IMG/VR virus record: IMGVR_UViG_3300035498_000778
Location: 1 to 64,000 of that record
DNA length: 64,000 bases
Direction: 5' to 3' (one strand)
Origin: a virus
Lineage: Duplodnaviria > Caudoviricetes
In this document: positions 30,580 to 40,964 of the stretch, piece after piece
How the letters are laid out: every line of letters begins with the position of its first letter
How positions within the stretch are numbered: the stretch's first letter is position 1
The notes under the pieces: generated by a model
Databases searched by the model: none
Told to the model about the DNA's origin: nothing
Seen by the model: only the letters and a program-made list of their open reading frames with translations
Program-made: the position numbers and the translations under genes

Positions 30580-31941
30580 ATGAGTTACTATAATTCAAAT
30601 ATTGATGATTTTAATGCATATATTAATAAATATGTCGTTGAGACATCATCTTTATGCATGGCTCTTGATATGATCGAAATGTCACATGAAGATATGATTC
30701 GTCGTGCGAATTATAAATTAACATGTGAATCCGGTACATATGAAGATGCTCTATACTTATATGAAGAAGCAAATAAAGAGACATCTAGTAAGCAAGATGG
30801 TATTCTTACTAGACTTTTTAAGTGGATAGGTGACGCTCTTAAAAAGATACAAACTTTCCTCTTTGGAACAAAAGATGATGAAGGTAAAACAAACCTTGAT
30901 AAGGCTAAGGAGAAAGCACAAGAAGGTAAGTCCAACGGTGAAGAAGTCCCTGATCTAGATGTTCCAGCAGACTATGTCAAGCAACATAAATCTGTCATTG
31001 CTGAATTTAAGGCTTGGGCGGCTCGTGGTTTTGAAGGTGATATACCTGACACTATCAAGGACTTTACAAAAAAGGGAGCCGCTGTAGTAGCAGTCGGTGG
31101 TGCAGCAAAGTTGACATGGGACAGTATTATGGGAATACTAAGTTATGTCGGAGGAGATTCATCTGCACTTGCAAAGATAAAGAATCAGCTAGAAAAGAAA
31201 GCCGAAGAAACAACTGATGAAGGAAAAAAGACCTTACTATCGCATGCTGCTAAGCTACTAAATTCCATAATCGCCACACATAGTTCAGTCATTAACAAAG
31301 TTGTTGGTGGACTTTGTAAGGCTGGTGCCGATAAGAAATCTGAAAAGTATAATAAAAAGCTAGGCGATTTAGATAAGCAGATATCTGATCTAGAGAAAAA
31401 AATAAATGATTCTAGTACTGATCCAAAGATGGTTGAGAGATATAAGAAACAGCTAGAAAAACTTAAAAAGCAGCGAGAAAATGCGGATACTAAATTTAAG
31501 GATGCTGTGGAACTTTCTACAGGCGCAGAGACTACACAGAAGATAAATGATATAGTTAAGAAGGCAAAGGGAAGCTACTATCAAAATAAAGTTAAGTCAT
31601 GTCTAAAACATCCTGATGATAAAGAGGCTTATACGAAGGTGCACGAAGAATTAGAGGAAGCTAAAAGAATACTAAACAGCCCTGCATCTAAGAATAAGAT
31701 TTCAAATGGAGACCGTCAGAATGCTTTGGATAAAATCAAAACTTGTTTGGACGATCTAGACCACAAAGAAAAGGATAGCGAGACAGCTGATGCTGATGTA
31801 GCGGATGCAAAAGCACCAGACAATGATTCAACAACTGAGTCATGGTTTGATATTGATGCGTATAATGATTGGACTAATTTCACATTCGAATCATCTGAGG
31901 AGTTAGACGATGAATTACGTGAAATTATTGATGAACTTTAA
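30580..31941 (+). CDS. inner-head paralog-family protein
   Basis: LTCES/LYEEA then DGILTRLFKWIGDALKKIQTFLF; acidic C-terminal tail after TTES; late promoter 30534-30545. Confidence 0.75.
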   Translation: MSYYNSNIDDFNAYINKYVVETSSLCMALDMIEMSHEDMIRRANYKLTCESGTYEDALYLYEEANKETSSKQDGILTRLFKWIGDALKKIQTFLFGTKDDEGKTNLDKAKEKAQEGKSNGEEVPDLDVPADYVKQHKSVIAEFKAWAARGFEGDIPDTIKDFTKKGAAVVAVGGAAKLTWDSIMGILSYVGGDSSALAKIKNQLEKKAEETTDEGKKTLLSHAAKLLNSIIATHSSVINKVVGGLCKAGADKKSEKYNKKLGDLDKQISDLEKKINDSSTDPKMVERYKKQLEKLKKQRENADTKFKDAVELSTGAETTQKINDIVKKAKGSYYQNKVKSCLKHPDDKEAYTKVHEELEEAKRILNSPASKNKISNGDRQNALDKIKTCLDDLDHKEKDSETADADVADAKAPDNDSTTESWFDIDAYNDWTNFTFESSEELDDELREIIDEL

Positions 31942-31971
31942 TTATAAAAATGAATAAGGAGTTGAGTACAT

Positions 31972-33042
31972 ATGTTTGATACAATTGAACAAAATTTATA
32001 TGAGGCATCTAATGCATTCGACATTTCTATGATGAAGGTTGAATCTTTTTATGAAGCCGCTATGAGAGAATGTAACATTAAGCGTGCAGAGGCTGACCTA
32101 TGCTATGCCACAGAATCTGTAGGGGACTATGAATATAGTTACATGTACGAAGATGCAGGTAATGGATTAGCTGACAGATTTGTCACTGCAGTAAAGAAGA
32201 TTATCGAATCCATAAAGGAATTCTTCGCTAAGTTAAAGGAAAAGGTTATGGCTTTGTATAGAGATAGTAAGATCTCTGCTCTAGTATCTAAGGCTAAGGA
32301 AAAGCTACGTAAGAATCCTATTCTTGCAAGAAAGAAGGCTCCTGAGACTATATCAAACCTAGCAGTCATAATCGAAGTATATGAAGATGAAGAGAGAGTT
32401 CTTAATAGAGAAGCAGCAGTTGCTAGTACTGATAATTTTGATGAGGATGAATTTGATGAGCATCGCCAAAAGTTCCAGATTGAGGCTGATAAGGCTGAAG
32501 AAGAAGAAATTGAAGTAACTGTCGATGAAGCCGTGGACGAGCTTGATGATGGAATTAAGATTATGGACAAGGTTGTTAATGAATCTAAGTCTGTACAGGA
32601 TTCTATTAAATCTAAGGCTGACAAGGTTAAGGAAGTAGCTTCTGATACAGCTAATAAGGTGCTAAAGGTATTAAAGGCTATAGCTAGCACTGTCAAAGCT
32701 AAGGCAAAAGCAGTCGTTGCAGCCGTTACAGACATGGCAAGAAAGGTTGCTAAGTTTATTAAGGGTGCCTTAGAAGTAGCAGATGATGCAGTCCATGCTG
32801 GTCTAGAAGGAATAGACGCTGGTGCTAGCAATTATGCCGGTTACAGAAAGGCTAAAAGATCAGTAAAGCGTGGTGTGCGTACTGCTCAGCGTAGTTACAA
32901 TACGCGTAGAAGTGAGCGTGCAGCATCTTTGAGTGAATCTACATTTGATTGTGATGGTTATCTAGATTATCTAATGGGTAATATTAATGAAAGTACATCA
33001 TATGATTGTGATGATTTCGATATAGATTCATTTTTAGACTAA
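31972..33042 (+). CDS. inner-head paralog-family protein
   Basis: LYEA/KVES/FYEA/ATES then GLADRFVTAVKKIIESIKEFF; acidic C-terminal tail after LSES. Confidence 0.75.
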   Translation: MFDTIEQNLYEASNAFDISMMKVESFYEAAMRECNIKRAEADLCYATESVGDYEYSYMYEDAGNGLADRFVTAVKKIIESIKEFFAKLKEKVMALYRDSKISALVSKAKEKLRKNPILARKKAPETISNLAVIIEVYEDEERVLNREAAVASTDNFDEDEFDEHRQKFQIEADKAEEEEIEVTVDEAVDELDDGIKIMDKVVNESKSVQDSIKSKADKVKEVASDTANKVLKVLKAIASTVKAKAKAVVAAVTDMARKVAKFIKGALEVADDAVHAGLEGIDAGASNYAGYRKAKRSVKRGVRTAQRSYNTRRSERAASLSESTFDCDGYLDYLMGNINESTSYDCDDFDIDSFLD

Positions 33043-33115
33043 ATGAATATTGAAAATGGACGCGAATTATTGTTTCGCGTCCATTTTATCTTTTTATGAA
33101 AAAGGAGTGAATCAC

Positions 33116-34183
33116 ATGGATGAATGTCTATTTTGGTTAGAAAAAGCCAATGAAAGAGCTGAGGATTATATTGAATTGTCCTATACTCAAGCTTTTTATG
33201 AAGCAGATGACAGTGATACTAATAAAGCGAACGATAAGACCGAAAAAGACACAAATACATTTATCGGTAATGCTGCTAGAGCAGTAATAAAAATGATTGA
33301 AAATCTGATATCCAGTATACGAATATGGATTAAAAAGCATTTTAGTATAAAACATATAAATGATGTTAGAACTGCCATTAAGAACGCCGGTAAAGAAAAT
33401 GAGAGTGTAAAAGTTATTGATTCGAAGAAAGTAAACGCTGTCTACTCTGAGGCTATTAAAAAAGTAGAGGAAGAACAAAAGAAAGCTGTACAAGAAGCAG
33501 AGAGTATGAGTGAATCTAATACCGATGAAGCTGACACAGGTGTTGATGATAGTGGGAACTTTATTACTGGTATAGAAAATATGCTTTCTGAAAAACTACA
33601 AGGATTGGGAAAAGATTTGGGAGACGTTGCAAAAGTGGCACCCGCATGGACTACAACATTAGTTGCGGATGTAGCACTAAAGAACGCGATTAATGATGAG
33701 GGCACCGCTGAGGCATATCTTAGAATTCTCGAGTCTGATAAAAAGTTGATGGAAAAGCTGGAGCAACAACTTGGTAAAGCGCAAGCGAAGAAGTTTAAAA
33801 AGCAGATAAAATCCTGCACTAAGGCTATATCTCTAACTAGATTCGCTGCAAAGCTAAGAGGTGAATGTTTTAATTGCGAAGCTGATATAATATCTACTAC
33901 TATCGATGATGTTTCAAAGATAGTTAGTGCGCCAGTATCAGGAGCGGTCGGAGATTTTGTTAAGGGTAATAATATAACTCAGGATGGTAAAGATAGGACT
34001 CGTCGTGCATATTTACGTAGCAAGCTGGCATCCAATCCTCAAACTAAAAAAGGTGTGAAGGGACTTGTTAAAGGTGCTAATAGTGCTCGTAAGGCATATA
34101 ATTCAGCCAAGTTTTACGGTGATGGTGAAGGCAAAATTACAGCAGGTAATTTATTTAAGTCTATGCTCGGTGATAACGAATAA
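33116..34183 (+). CDS. inner-head paralog-family protein
   Basis: Start re-called (AAGGAG SD); FYEA then FIGNAARAVIKMIENLISSIRIWI. Confidence 0.75.
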   Translation: MDECLFWLEKANERAEDYIELSYTQAFYEADDSDTNKANDKTEKDTNTFIGNAARAVIKMIENLISSIRIWIKKHFSIKHINDVRTAIKNAGKENESVKVIDSKKVNAVYSEAIKKVEEEQKKAVQEAESMSESNTDEADTGVDDSGNFITGIENMLSEKLQGLGKDLGDVAKVAPAWTTTLVADVALKNAINDEGTAEAYLRILESDKKLMEKLEQQLGKAQAKKFKKQIKSCTKAISLTRFAAKLRGECFNCEADIISTTIDDVSKIVSAPVSGAVGDFVKGNNITQDGKDRTRRAYLRSKLASNPQTKKGVKGLVKGANSARKAYNSAKFYGDGEGKITAGNLFKSMLGDNE

Positions 34184-34216
34184 TGTAAGAAGAGGGTTTT
34201 ACCTCTTCTTACATTA
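34183..34216. terminator. terminator hairpin (AAGAAGAGG family)
   Basis: TAATGTAAGAAGAGG-GTTTTA-CCTCTTCTTACATTA. Confidence 0.75.
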
Positions 34217-34266
34217 TATGGCGAAACAATTTAATAAAATTAGAATAAGAAAAAGGAGTGATATTT

Positions 34267-35760
34267 ATGCGTACAAATTCGAAGTTTATACATGAATTTG
34301 ATGAATATGCACAAATAGCTTTAGCTACAGAGTCAGCTGATAGGATAGTGAATGAGGCGTTAGCAAACTGTTACAGAGCGGAAAAAAGAGCAAAGTACAG
34401 CGCAATGTTTGAGAACACCGATTCTTCATATATAGTAGAAGAAGCCAAGCAAGGTCTATTCGAGAAGATTGGCGACGCTATTAAAAGTTTAATCGCTAAT
34501 GTAGTTGATGCTGTAAAGAGCTTATTTTCGAAAATAAAGGGTAATGGTAGCCCTGCTAATGATACAATATCGGAAGCTAAAAAGATTCTTAATGAACACC
34601 CAGAATCGAAGGATGAATTGTTATCAGGATTGGAAGAAGGAAAATATGATATTGGTGATCTTGAAAAACTAAGAAAGGGTTACCAAGAGTGTACCGAACT
34701 TCTAGCTGAAGAGAAAATAGATACCTCAACATTCAAAGGAAAAATCCAAGCTCTTTTAAAGAAGTTTGACAAAGAACCACAAACGGTTGTTAGAGCAAAG
34801 AATTTTGCGGCGACTGTTGGAGTGGCAGTCACGTTATTGGGCCTTATATCAAAAACCCAAAAAGAAACCACTAATATCGCTGACACAGTCAATTCCATGA
34901 AGGAAAGGTTTCATCGTACTTTATCAAAAGAGGGTGATGATGGAACACAACAGTCTGTATTGGCAGCATTTTATGATGCCTCTAAGTTAATATTAAATAA
35001 ATCTGCGAGTGAAAGTGTAAAGCGTGGAAAGTTATTTACAGTTGTTGATAACTTCCTAAAGAAAGTAGTCAATAAATATTCTAAAACAGATTCAACGAAA
35101 CAAGAAGCATCTAGGGAAAAGCACAGACAAGCTGCAAATTCTTATTTACCTAACGCTAGAGATATAATGCTTCTTGAGAAGGAAATAGGTAGGATACAAT
35201 CAGAAATTAAAGAAACTACCGATCCAGACAAAGTAGAAAAACTAAAACGTGATTTAGAAAGAACCGAGACTCGTCTAAGAGAGATTAATAGACATCAGTT
35301 CACTGTTATTGATGACTTGATGGCGGATTCTGAAAAGAACGAAGGTGCCATAGCGCGAAAAGAAGCAGAATTAAAACGTAGGGAAAAAGAGATAGCGCGA
35401 AAAGAAGCAGAGGTTAGTAAACTATTAGCAGACGCACGACGTAAGTCTGCCGCTGCTGATAAACTAGTTAGAAAAAAACAGGCAATCGTCACCAGTGGAA
35501 AGAAAGATGCCATTAAAAATTATATCAGTGATTGTGAAAACGATATGATTGTCATTAATGGAGTAATCGATGATCTAAAAGACATTCGACAGGCTTTGAA
35601 CGCCATTTTGGGACGTAAAAAGGTTAGGAGCGATAAAGATCATGGCATACAAGAAGCTATTGGTAAGATCACCACTGAAATCGGTATAGCATCAGCAAGA
35701 TACAATCAACTAGTTGATAGTCGTAATGAAGCCAAGAAGGCTTTGAGTAAATTATCTTAA
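34267..35760 (+). CDS. inner-head paralog-family coiled-coil protein
   Basis: ATES/VNEA/VEEA then KQGLFEKIGDAIKSLIANVVDAVKSLF; late promoter 34225-34236. Confidence 0.75.
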   Translation: MRTNSKFIHEFDEYAQIALATESADRIVNEALANCYRAEKRAKYSAMFENTDSSYIVEEAKQGLFEKIGDAIKSLIANVVDAVKSLFSKIKGNGSPANDTISEAKKILNEHPESKDELLSGLEEGKYDIGDLEKLRKGYQECTELLAEEKIDTSTFKGKIQALLKKFDKEPQTVVRAKNFAATVGVAVTLLGLISKTQKETTNIADTVNSMKERFHRTLSKEGDDGTQQSVLAAFYDASKLILNKSASESVKRGKLFTVVDNFLKKVVNKYSKTDSTKQEASREKHRQAANSYLPNARDIMLLEKEIGRIQSEIKETTDPDKVEKLKRDLERTETRLREINRHQFTVIDDLMADSEKNEGAIARKEAELKRREKEIARKEAEVSKLLADARRKSAAADKLVRKKQAIVTSGKKDAIKNYISDCENDMIVINGVIDDLKDIRQALNAILGRKKVRSDKDHGIQEAIGKITTEIGIASARYNQLVDSRNEAKKALSKLS

Positions 35761-35777
35761 TTGCGAGGTGATAATAA

Positions 35778-38700
35778 ATGATAAAAATCGCAGACTATAC
35801 GCAAAATAATATGTTCGAACTAATTTCCTTGTATAAGGATATAGATAGGAACATCTGCACAACAGGATTTAAGAATGCGTGTTATGGCATCAACGAATCT
35901 GCGTTAGATTCTATCATGTCATATAGCGTAGAACACATGGATTTTTCCAAGCCATTGAATTCATCTATTGAAAATTTGATGACCATAGAAGATACGGATG
36001 ATCTTGTATTATTCTATGAGAATATAGTTTCATCGTTCAATCTTAACAATAGACCGATTACCGTAGGTTTAATGGATACTGATGCTATATCCAAGATACG
36101 TCCACAATACCTAAATTTATATGTTAGAGAATTGAATAAGACATTTAAGAAATGGGCTGCAGGTTCTATTAAGGCAGACACAGTAGATATGGAACGTGTT
36201 AAAACGATATGTATGAAATTGGCTGATAAGACTAAGAAACAAGTTGTATGTACAACACTACCTAGTGCAGAAGCTTTGATGCTTCAAACACGTAATCCGG
36301 ATATGTTCACAGCAGACGCTGATTTCATATCTAACATTACAGTCCCATTTGTTCGTAACTTTAATATAGTTAAAGGCCAATTAATAAATGAGGCGCAGGA
36401 TATTCTAAGAGCTACGAATATGGTCAAAGATCAACTTCAATCTCTTACGGAGGCAGGTTCAAAGTTAAAACTGGACCCTGAAACAAAGAGATTATTTGAT
36501 TTTTATGTGTTTAATACCGTAAAGTTTTCATATGATATGATGACGTATATAGTTTCAATGACCATTCAGAGAATTGGTGCGTATGTTTACAACATGAATA
36601 CATTTTGTAAGTTGTATAATACGATTCATAACTTCTACCCAGAAGGCTCCAGAATACTACACGAGAATGCAATAGACAGTGGTCTTGATGACTTAGATGA
36701 CACAACTTTAATGAACGCTATGATATATAATGACACAACGTTTTTATATCCAATGATACACCAATGTCTTGATAGAAATAGCTTTGAGGCCGATCATCTA
36801 ACTAGATATGTAAATACTGATGATATCATTGATAATATCAATGGATATGATTGTGATGGTGAATATGATAAAAATTGCTATGAACAAACACTTGCTGTTT
36901 TAAAAATAGTAAATGAAAAAATGCGTGGCATGTATGAAGCGTCTAAGGATCCAAACATGACCGTTGATGATATCATAAATCGATCTGGTGCTAACGATGC
37001 GTTTACTGACAAGTTTGGACCTCTAGTAGCGGCTATTCCCGATACAAGCGCATATACAAGGGATCTAAATTCTGATAATGGTAGTCCACAAGCGGCTTTA
37101 AAAATGATAAAGACTGAACTAGCTAATTATGATACAAATATTTCGAAAATCGCAGCTGCATGCCAAGCTATATACAAGAATATATCCAGCATGCAGAAAT
37201 CTTACAAATACAATGTAAATGGTCAATTCGGATCTTCTGAACAAGCCGATGAACTTCTACAGTTTGCTGATGAATTTGAGCAACAGATTAAAGATATATC
37301 TATTAATCTTATTAAGGCATTCATTCAGAGACTCAAAGGCTTAAAGGGAGCTATGGAATCTATTGACGTTTTTCAGGAAAAAGTATGTTTGCCTATTGCT
37401 GTATACGATCGTGATGACGAATATTTAATAGAGGCTTATAATTCTATAATTGAAGAGAAAACCATTTTAGAGCGTGGTGCTTTTGAGTCATTATTGATGG
37501 ATTACAACTCTTATAGATCAAAAGTGGAACGTGGTGTAGAACTAGTATATGAAGCTAATACCAATGAAAAGAAAAACGATAATGATACTGATAAGAAAAA
37601 TGCTAGTAACGATAAATCTAGTGACAAGTCGGATGATAGTACCGATAATCCACAGGTTAATATATCATCTAATACCGATCAACAAAACGAGACTGATACT
37701 AATAATAGTGACAAGAATACTGGTGATCAGAACAACAGTAATACTACTGATAATTCAAATAACGACAATAACCAACAAGGCAAGACTGATGCTAAGCCAT
37801 CTGATACGAATAATTCCAATAATCAGAATAATTCTCAGTCTAATGCTCAAAATAATACCAATAACACAACTGATAACAACTCTCAAAATAATCAAAACAA
37901 GAAGGGTATTATTAGAGAAGCTTTAGATAAGTTTATGAAGTTTGTCAAAGATTTAATAAACAAGTTTAAAGGTAAGGTTAAGAAACTTGGTCCTAAGGCT
38001 AACTATGTCAAAAACAACAAGGATAAGATATTAAATGCTATTAATGAGAAAACATCACTAAAATTGCAACCATATTATCCTGCGTTTGATTATAAACGCT
38101 TCGTGGCAGACATGAAAACATTTGAAAATAATATAAAAAGTAAAGCTATTGAATCTGCCAAGAAATCTCAGGGAGAGTTCAGATCAGATATATTTGGTTT
38201 CATATCTACTAAACAAATAGGCAATTTCACTTTGGAAAATGATTTTGGTAAATTTATAATGGCGTATTATTCTTCAGGAAATAATATAGACGACTTCGAA
38301 AAAGGTCGTGTCGTAACGGGCGATGCGTTGAAGAATGATATGACTAATGAAATAGAATATATATCCAACTATGAGACTATATGTAGTGAAGTTGCTAATA
38401 CTTGTAACAGAATATTAAGATATATTGATGCAGAATTTGCTAATAAACTGGGTATTGAACCTAGTAATACGAATAATAATACACAGAATAATAGCAATAC
38501 AAATAATAATGCTACTGATAATAATAACAATACACAGAATAATAGTCAGAATACAAATGAGTCTGTAATACTTAACGAATCTGTTTTGTTCGAAGACGGA
38601 GAGCAGACTAATAGTAATGACAATAATAATTCCGAAGAAAGTATTATTAGCAAGGTTACTGGGGATGTTAGAGTCTTCGGAACGACCATCCTTACTGTTT

Positions 38701-38936
38701 TGGAAAAGCGTTTTATGAATGATACTAAGATTATGTATACTATTTTGAATGGCGGCGAACAGTCTAATAATCAAAATAACAATAATGACAATAATAATGC
38801 TAACAATTCCAACAACAGTTCAAACAACGATAATAACAATAACGACAATAATAATGACAATAACTCTAATAACGACCAGTCTAATAATCAAACTAATGAT
38901 AACAGTAATTCTAACAATCAAAACAATAATAATTAA
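35778..38936 (+). CDS. large virion protein with Asn-rich low-complexity tracts
   Basis: 1052 aa; internal VYEA then N-rich linker then KKGIIREALDKFMKFVKDLINKF family helix. Confidence 0.75.
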   Translation: MIKIADYTQNNMFELISLYKDIDRNICTTGFKNACYGINESALDSIMSYSVEHMDFSKPLNSSIENLMTIEDTDDLVLFYENIVSSFNLNNRPITVGLMDTDAISKIRPQYLNLYVRELNKTFKKWAAGSIKADTVDMERVKTICMKLADKTKKQVVCTTLPSAEALMLQTRNPDMFTADADFISNITVPFVRNFNIVKGQLINEAQDILRATNMVKDQLQSLTEAGSKLKLDPETKRLFDFYVFNTVKFSYDMMTYIVSMTIQRIGAYVYNMNTFCKLYNTIHNFYPEGSRILHENAIDSGLDDLDDTTLMNAMIYNDTTFLYPMIHQCLDRNSFEADHLTRYVNTDDIIDNINGYDCDGEYDKNCYEQTLAVLKIVNEKMRGMYEASKDPNMTVDDIINRSGANDAFTDKFGPLVAAIPDTSAYTRDLNSDNGSPQAALKMIKTELANYDTNISKIAAACQAIYKNISSMQKSYKYNVNGQFGSSEQADELLQFADEFEQQIKDISINLIKAFIQRLKGLKGAMESIDVFQEKVCLPIAVYDRDDEYLIEAYNSIIEEKTILERGAFESLLMDYNSYRSKVERGVELVYEANTNEKKNDNDTDKKNASNDKSSDKSDDSTDNPQVNISSNTDQQNETDTNNSDKNTGDQNNSNTTDNSNNDNNQQGKTDAKPSDTNNSNNQNNSQSNAQNNTNNTTDNNSQNNQNKKGIIREALDKFMKFVKDLINKFKGKVKKLGPKANYVKNNKDKILNAINEKTSLKLQPYYPAFDYKRFVADMKTFENNIKSKAIESAKKSQGEFRSDIFGFISTKQIGNFTLENDFGKFIMAYYSSGNNIDDFEKGRVVTGDALKNDMTNEIEYISNYETICSEVANTCNRILRYIDAEFANKLGIEPSNTNNNTQNNSNTNNNATDNNNNTQNNSQNTNESVILNESVLFEDGEQTNSNDNNNSEESIISKVTGDVRVFGTTILTVLEKRFMNDTKIMYTILNGGEQSNNQNNNNDNNNANNSNNSSNNDNNNNDNNNDNNSNNDQSNNQTNDNSNSNNQNNNN

Positions 38937-39022
38937 TTAAGTATTAATATAGATATAAAGATGGCATTTTAAGATAGAGAGGGCTAATCCTCTCTATCTT
39001 AAATATCTAACGTAAAATTTAA

Positions 39023-39036
39023 TTATATATTATAAT
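39023..39036 (+). promoter_or_regulatory. early promoter core
   Basis: TTATATATTATAAT followed by TGTGAA as in cassettes; CGTAAAA upstream. Confidence 0.7.
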
Positions 39037-39095
39037 TGTGAATAAGATAAAATAATCAACAATATATTGGTTTTAAAAAGGAGGTATCAATACCA

Positions 39096-39302
39096 ATGTC
39101 AAATTCACAGTACAAGTCTAATGCATACATTTTTAGTAAATTAAGTAATAATCTCGGTGTTGAACAGAGATTAAATAATAATAACGCATGGGCGTTTGAA
39201 TTAATGTGTTTAATGGAGGATAAGCATGAAGAAAAAAACTGTAATTTCAGAGTTGAAAGAGTACACACCAACAAGTATACAACCTTACGTAGAGCTAGCT
39301 GA
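39096..39302 (+). CDS. small hypothetical early protein
   Basis: AAGGAGGT SD; overlaps next ORF by 77 nt. Confidence 0.45.
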   Translation: MSNSQYKSNAYIFSKLSNNLGVEQRLNNNNAWAFELMCLMEDKHEEKNCNFRVERVHTNKYTTLRRAS

Positions 39303-39510
39303 GGTTTTAATAAATAATGAGCATGTGCAGCGTGCTGCTAGTAAAATAGGTGAAAGTATTCTAGGTAAGTACGAAGATAACAATGAGACAAGATCCGTGT
39401 CGGATTTTGTTTATGGTAATTATGTTTCAAAAAAGAAAGTCAAGAAATTAAAGAAACATAAAAAGAATTCAACTTGGTATTCAGTACATGATGATAGAGA
39501 TATCATATAA
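39226..39510 (+). CDS. small protein with Lys-rich tail
   Basis: GGAGG SD; KKKVKKLKKHKKN; terminator 39521-39547. Confidence 0.7.
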   Translation: MKKKTVISELKEYTPTSIQPYVELAEVLINNEHVQRAASKIGESILGKYEDNNETRSVSDFVYGNYVSKKKVKKLKKHKKNSTWYSVHDDRDII

Positions 39511-39600
39511 ACCCATAGTAAAAAGATGGATATGATCCATCTTTTTTCTCCTGAAAACGAATAAACAGTAACATAACAACTTATGAAAGGAGTTTTTAAT

Positions 39601-40869
39601 ATGGTCAAAACATATAGTATTAAGGCTAAGGAACGTAAAGTAGAAGCTGTAGGTGGTAAATATTGTGTAGTCGAAAATATGGGCGATAGCACAGTATTTA
39701 TTTCTACAACGAGTAATATTGTTCCTAGCGCTGCAGGTGTTATAGCGATTGGTCCAAAGAGTGTTAAGTCTTTGATTGTTGATCCTCAGTACAAGTGGAG
39801 TTCTGCTGAACTTGCATTTGACTGGGTAGCTGATTTGTATGTTACATCAACTGATACAACAACAATCGAAGTTTCCGCAAGTGTAGAAAATTGCTATGCT
39901 TATATTGTAAACGGCGATTATGATACATCTGCACTAATAAACGACAACGCATCATCTGTCGAAACCGCATTTGAAATCAAGTTAACACAAGATATTGTTA
40001 GAGCTTTTGAAATTGCAGAAGGTGATAGTATGACTATCGACCTTAATGGTACAACATTATCAAACAAGGAAAATCAAAAGACTATAATTAACTCTGGTAC
40101 GCTTGTTATTAAGGACACATCAAGTGACAAGTCAGGTGTAATACAAAGTAATAGTAAGAAGACTGCTGTAATTCAAAATACAAGCACAGGTAGAATAATC
40201 ATCGAGAGTGGCGTGATTGAGCACACTATCGAAGATCCGGGTTGCTATACTATAGATAATGCTGGTATTCTCGAAATCAATGGCGGTACTGTTAGAGCTT
40301 CCAGTGGCAATGGATCACTGATTAGGAACATAGGTCCTAACGCAAAGACTATCGTTAATGGTGGTTTACTAACTAATAAGTGGATTACACTTAAGAACGA
40401 TGACGAAGGAACAATCATTGTTAATGGCGGTACTATTGAAACTACAGCTGCTGGTGGTAGTGGAATACAAAACTGGGGCACAGCAACTATTAATGGTGGT
40501 AAGATCACTTCCGTTGATGGTTCTGCAGCTATATATCAGCTAACATGGTCAGATGATTATGCTTCTAATCTAGTATTTAATAACGGAACTGTTAATGGTA
40601 CTGTTATGGTTAGACAGTACACAGACTACACAGGTTCACAAGTTCCTAAGTTCGTACTTAATGATGGATCTATCAATGGTGATGTTCTTCTAGGTAACAA
40701 CGAAGGTAGTGTATATGGTATTGCTGAATTTGAAGTTAATGGTGGTACTATCAACGGTGAAGTCTTTACTTATGATAACAATAACGATGATGGTAGAGAA
40801 AATATCATTACTGTTAATGCAGGATCAATTCTTTTAAATGGTAAGACAGTTTCTGCAGGAAATGAATAA
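39601..40869 (+). CDS. beta-helix repeat protein (putative fibre/adhesin)
   Basis: Repeated (I/V)NGG(T/K)(I/V) motifs and IDLNGTTL; late promoter 39564-39575; start re-called. Confidence 0.65.
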   Translation: MVKTYSIKAKERKVEAVGGKYCVVENMGDSTVFISTTSNIVPSAAGVIAIGPKSVKSLIVDPQYKWSSAELAFDWVADLYVTSTDTTTIEVSASVENCYAYIVNGDYDTSALINDNASSVETAFEIKLTQDIVRAFEIAEGDSMTIDLNGTTLSNKENQKTIINSGTLVIKDTSSDKSGVIQSNSKKTAVIQNTSTGRIIIESGVIEHTIEDPGCYTIDNAGILEINGGTVRASSGNGSLIRNIGPNAKTIVNGGLLTNKWITLKNDDEGTIIVNGGTIETTAAGGSGIQNWGTATINGGKITSVDGSAAIYQLTWSDDYASNLVFNNGTVNGTVMVRQYTDYTGSQVPKFVLNDGSINGDVLLGNNEGSVYGIAEFEVNGGTINGEVFTYDNNNDDGRENIITVNAGSILLNGKTVSAGNE

Positions 40870-40964
40870 ATATATTATACGAAGAGGAATAAACCTCTTC
40901 GTATTTTGTTATTTTTAATTATCATTTTACAATTAGATAATAAATCAGAAAAGGAGATTGAAAT

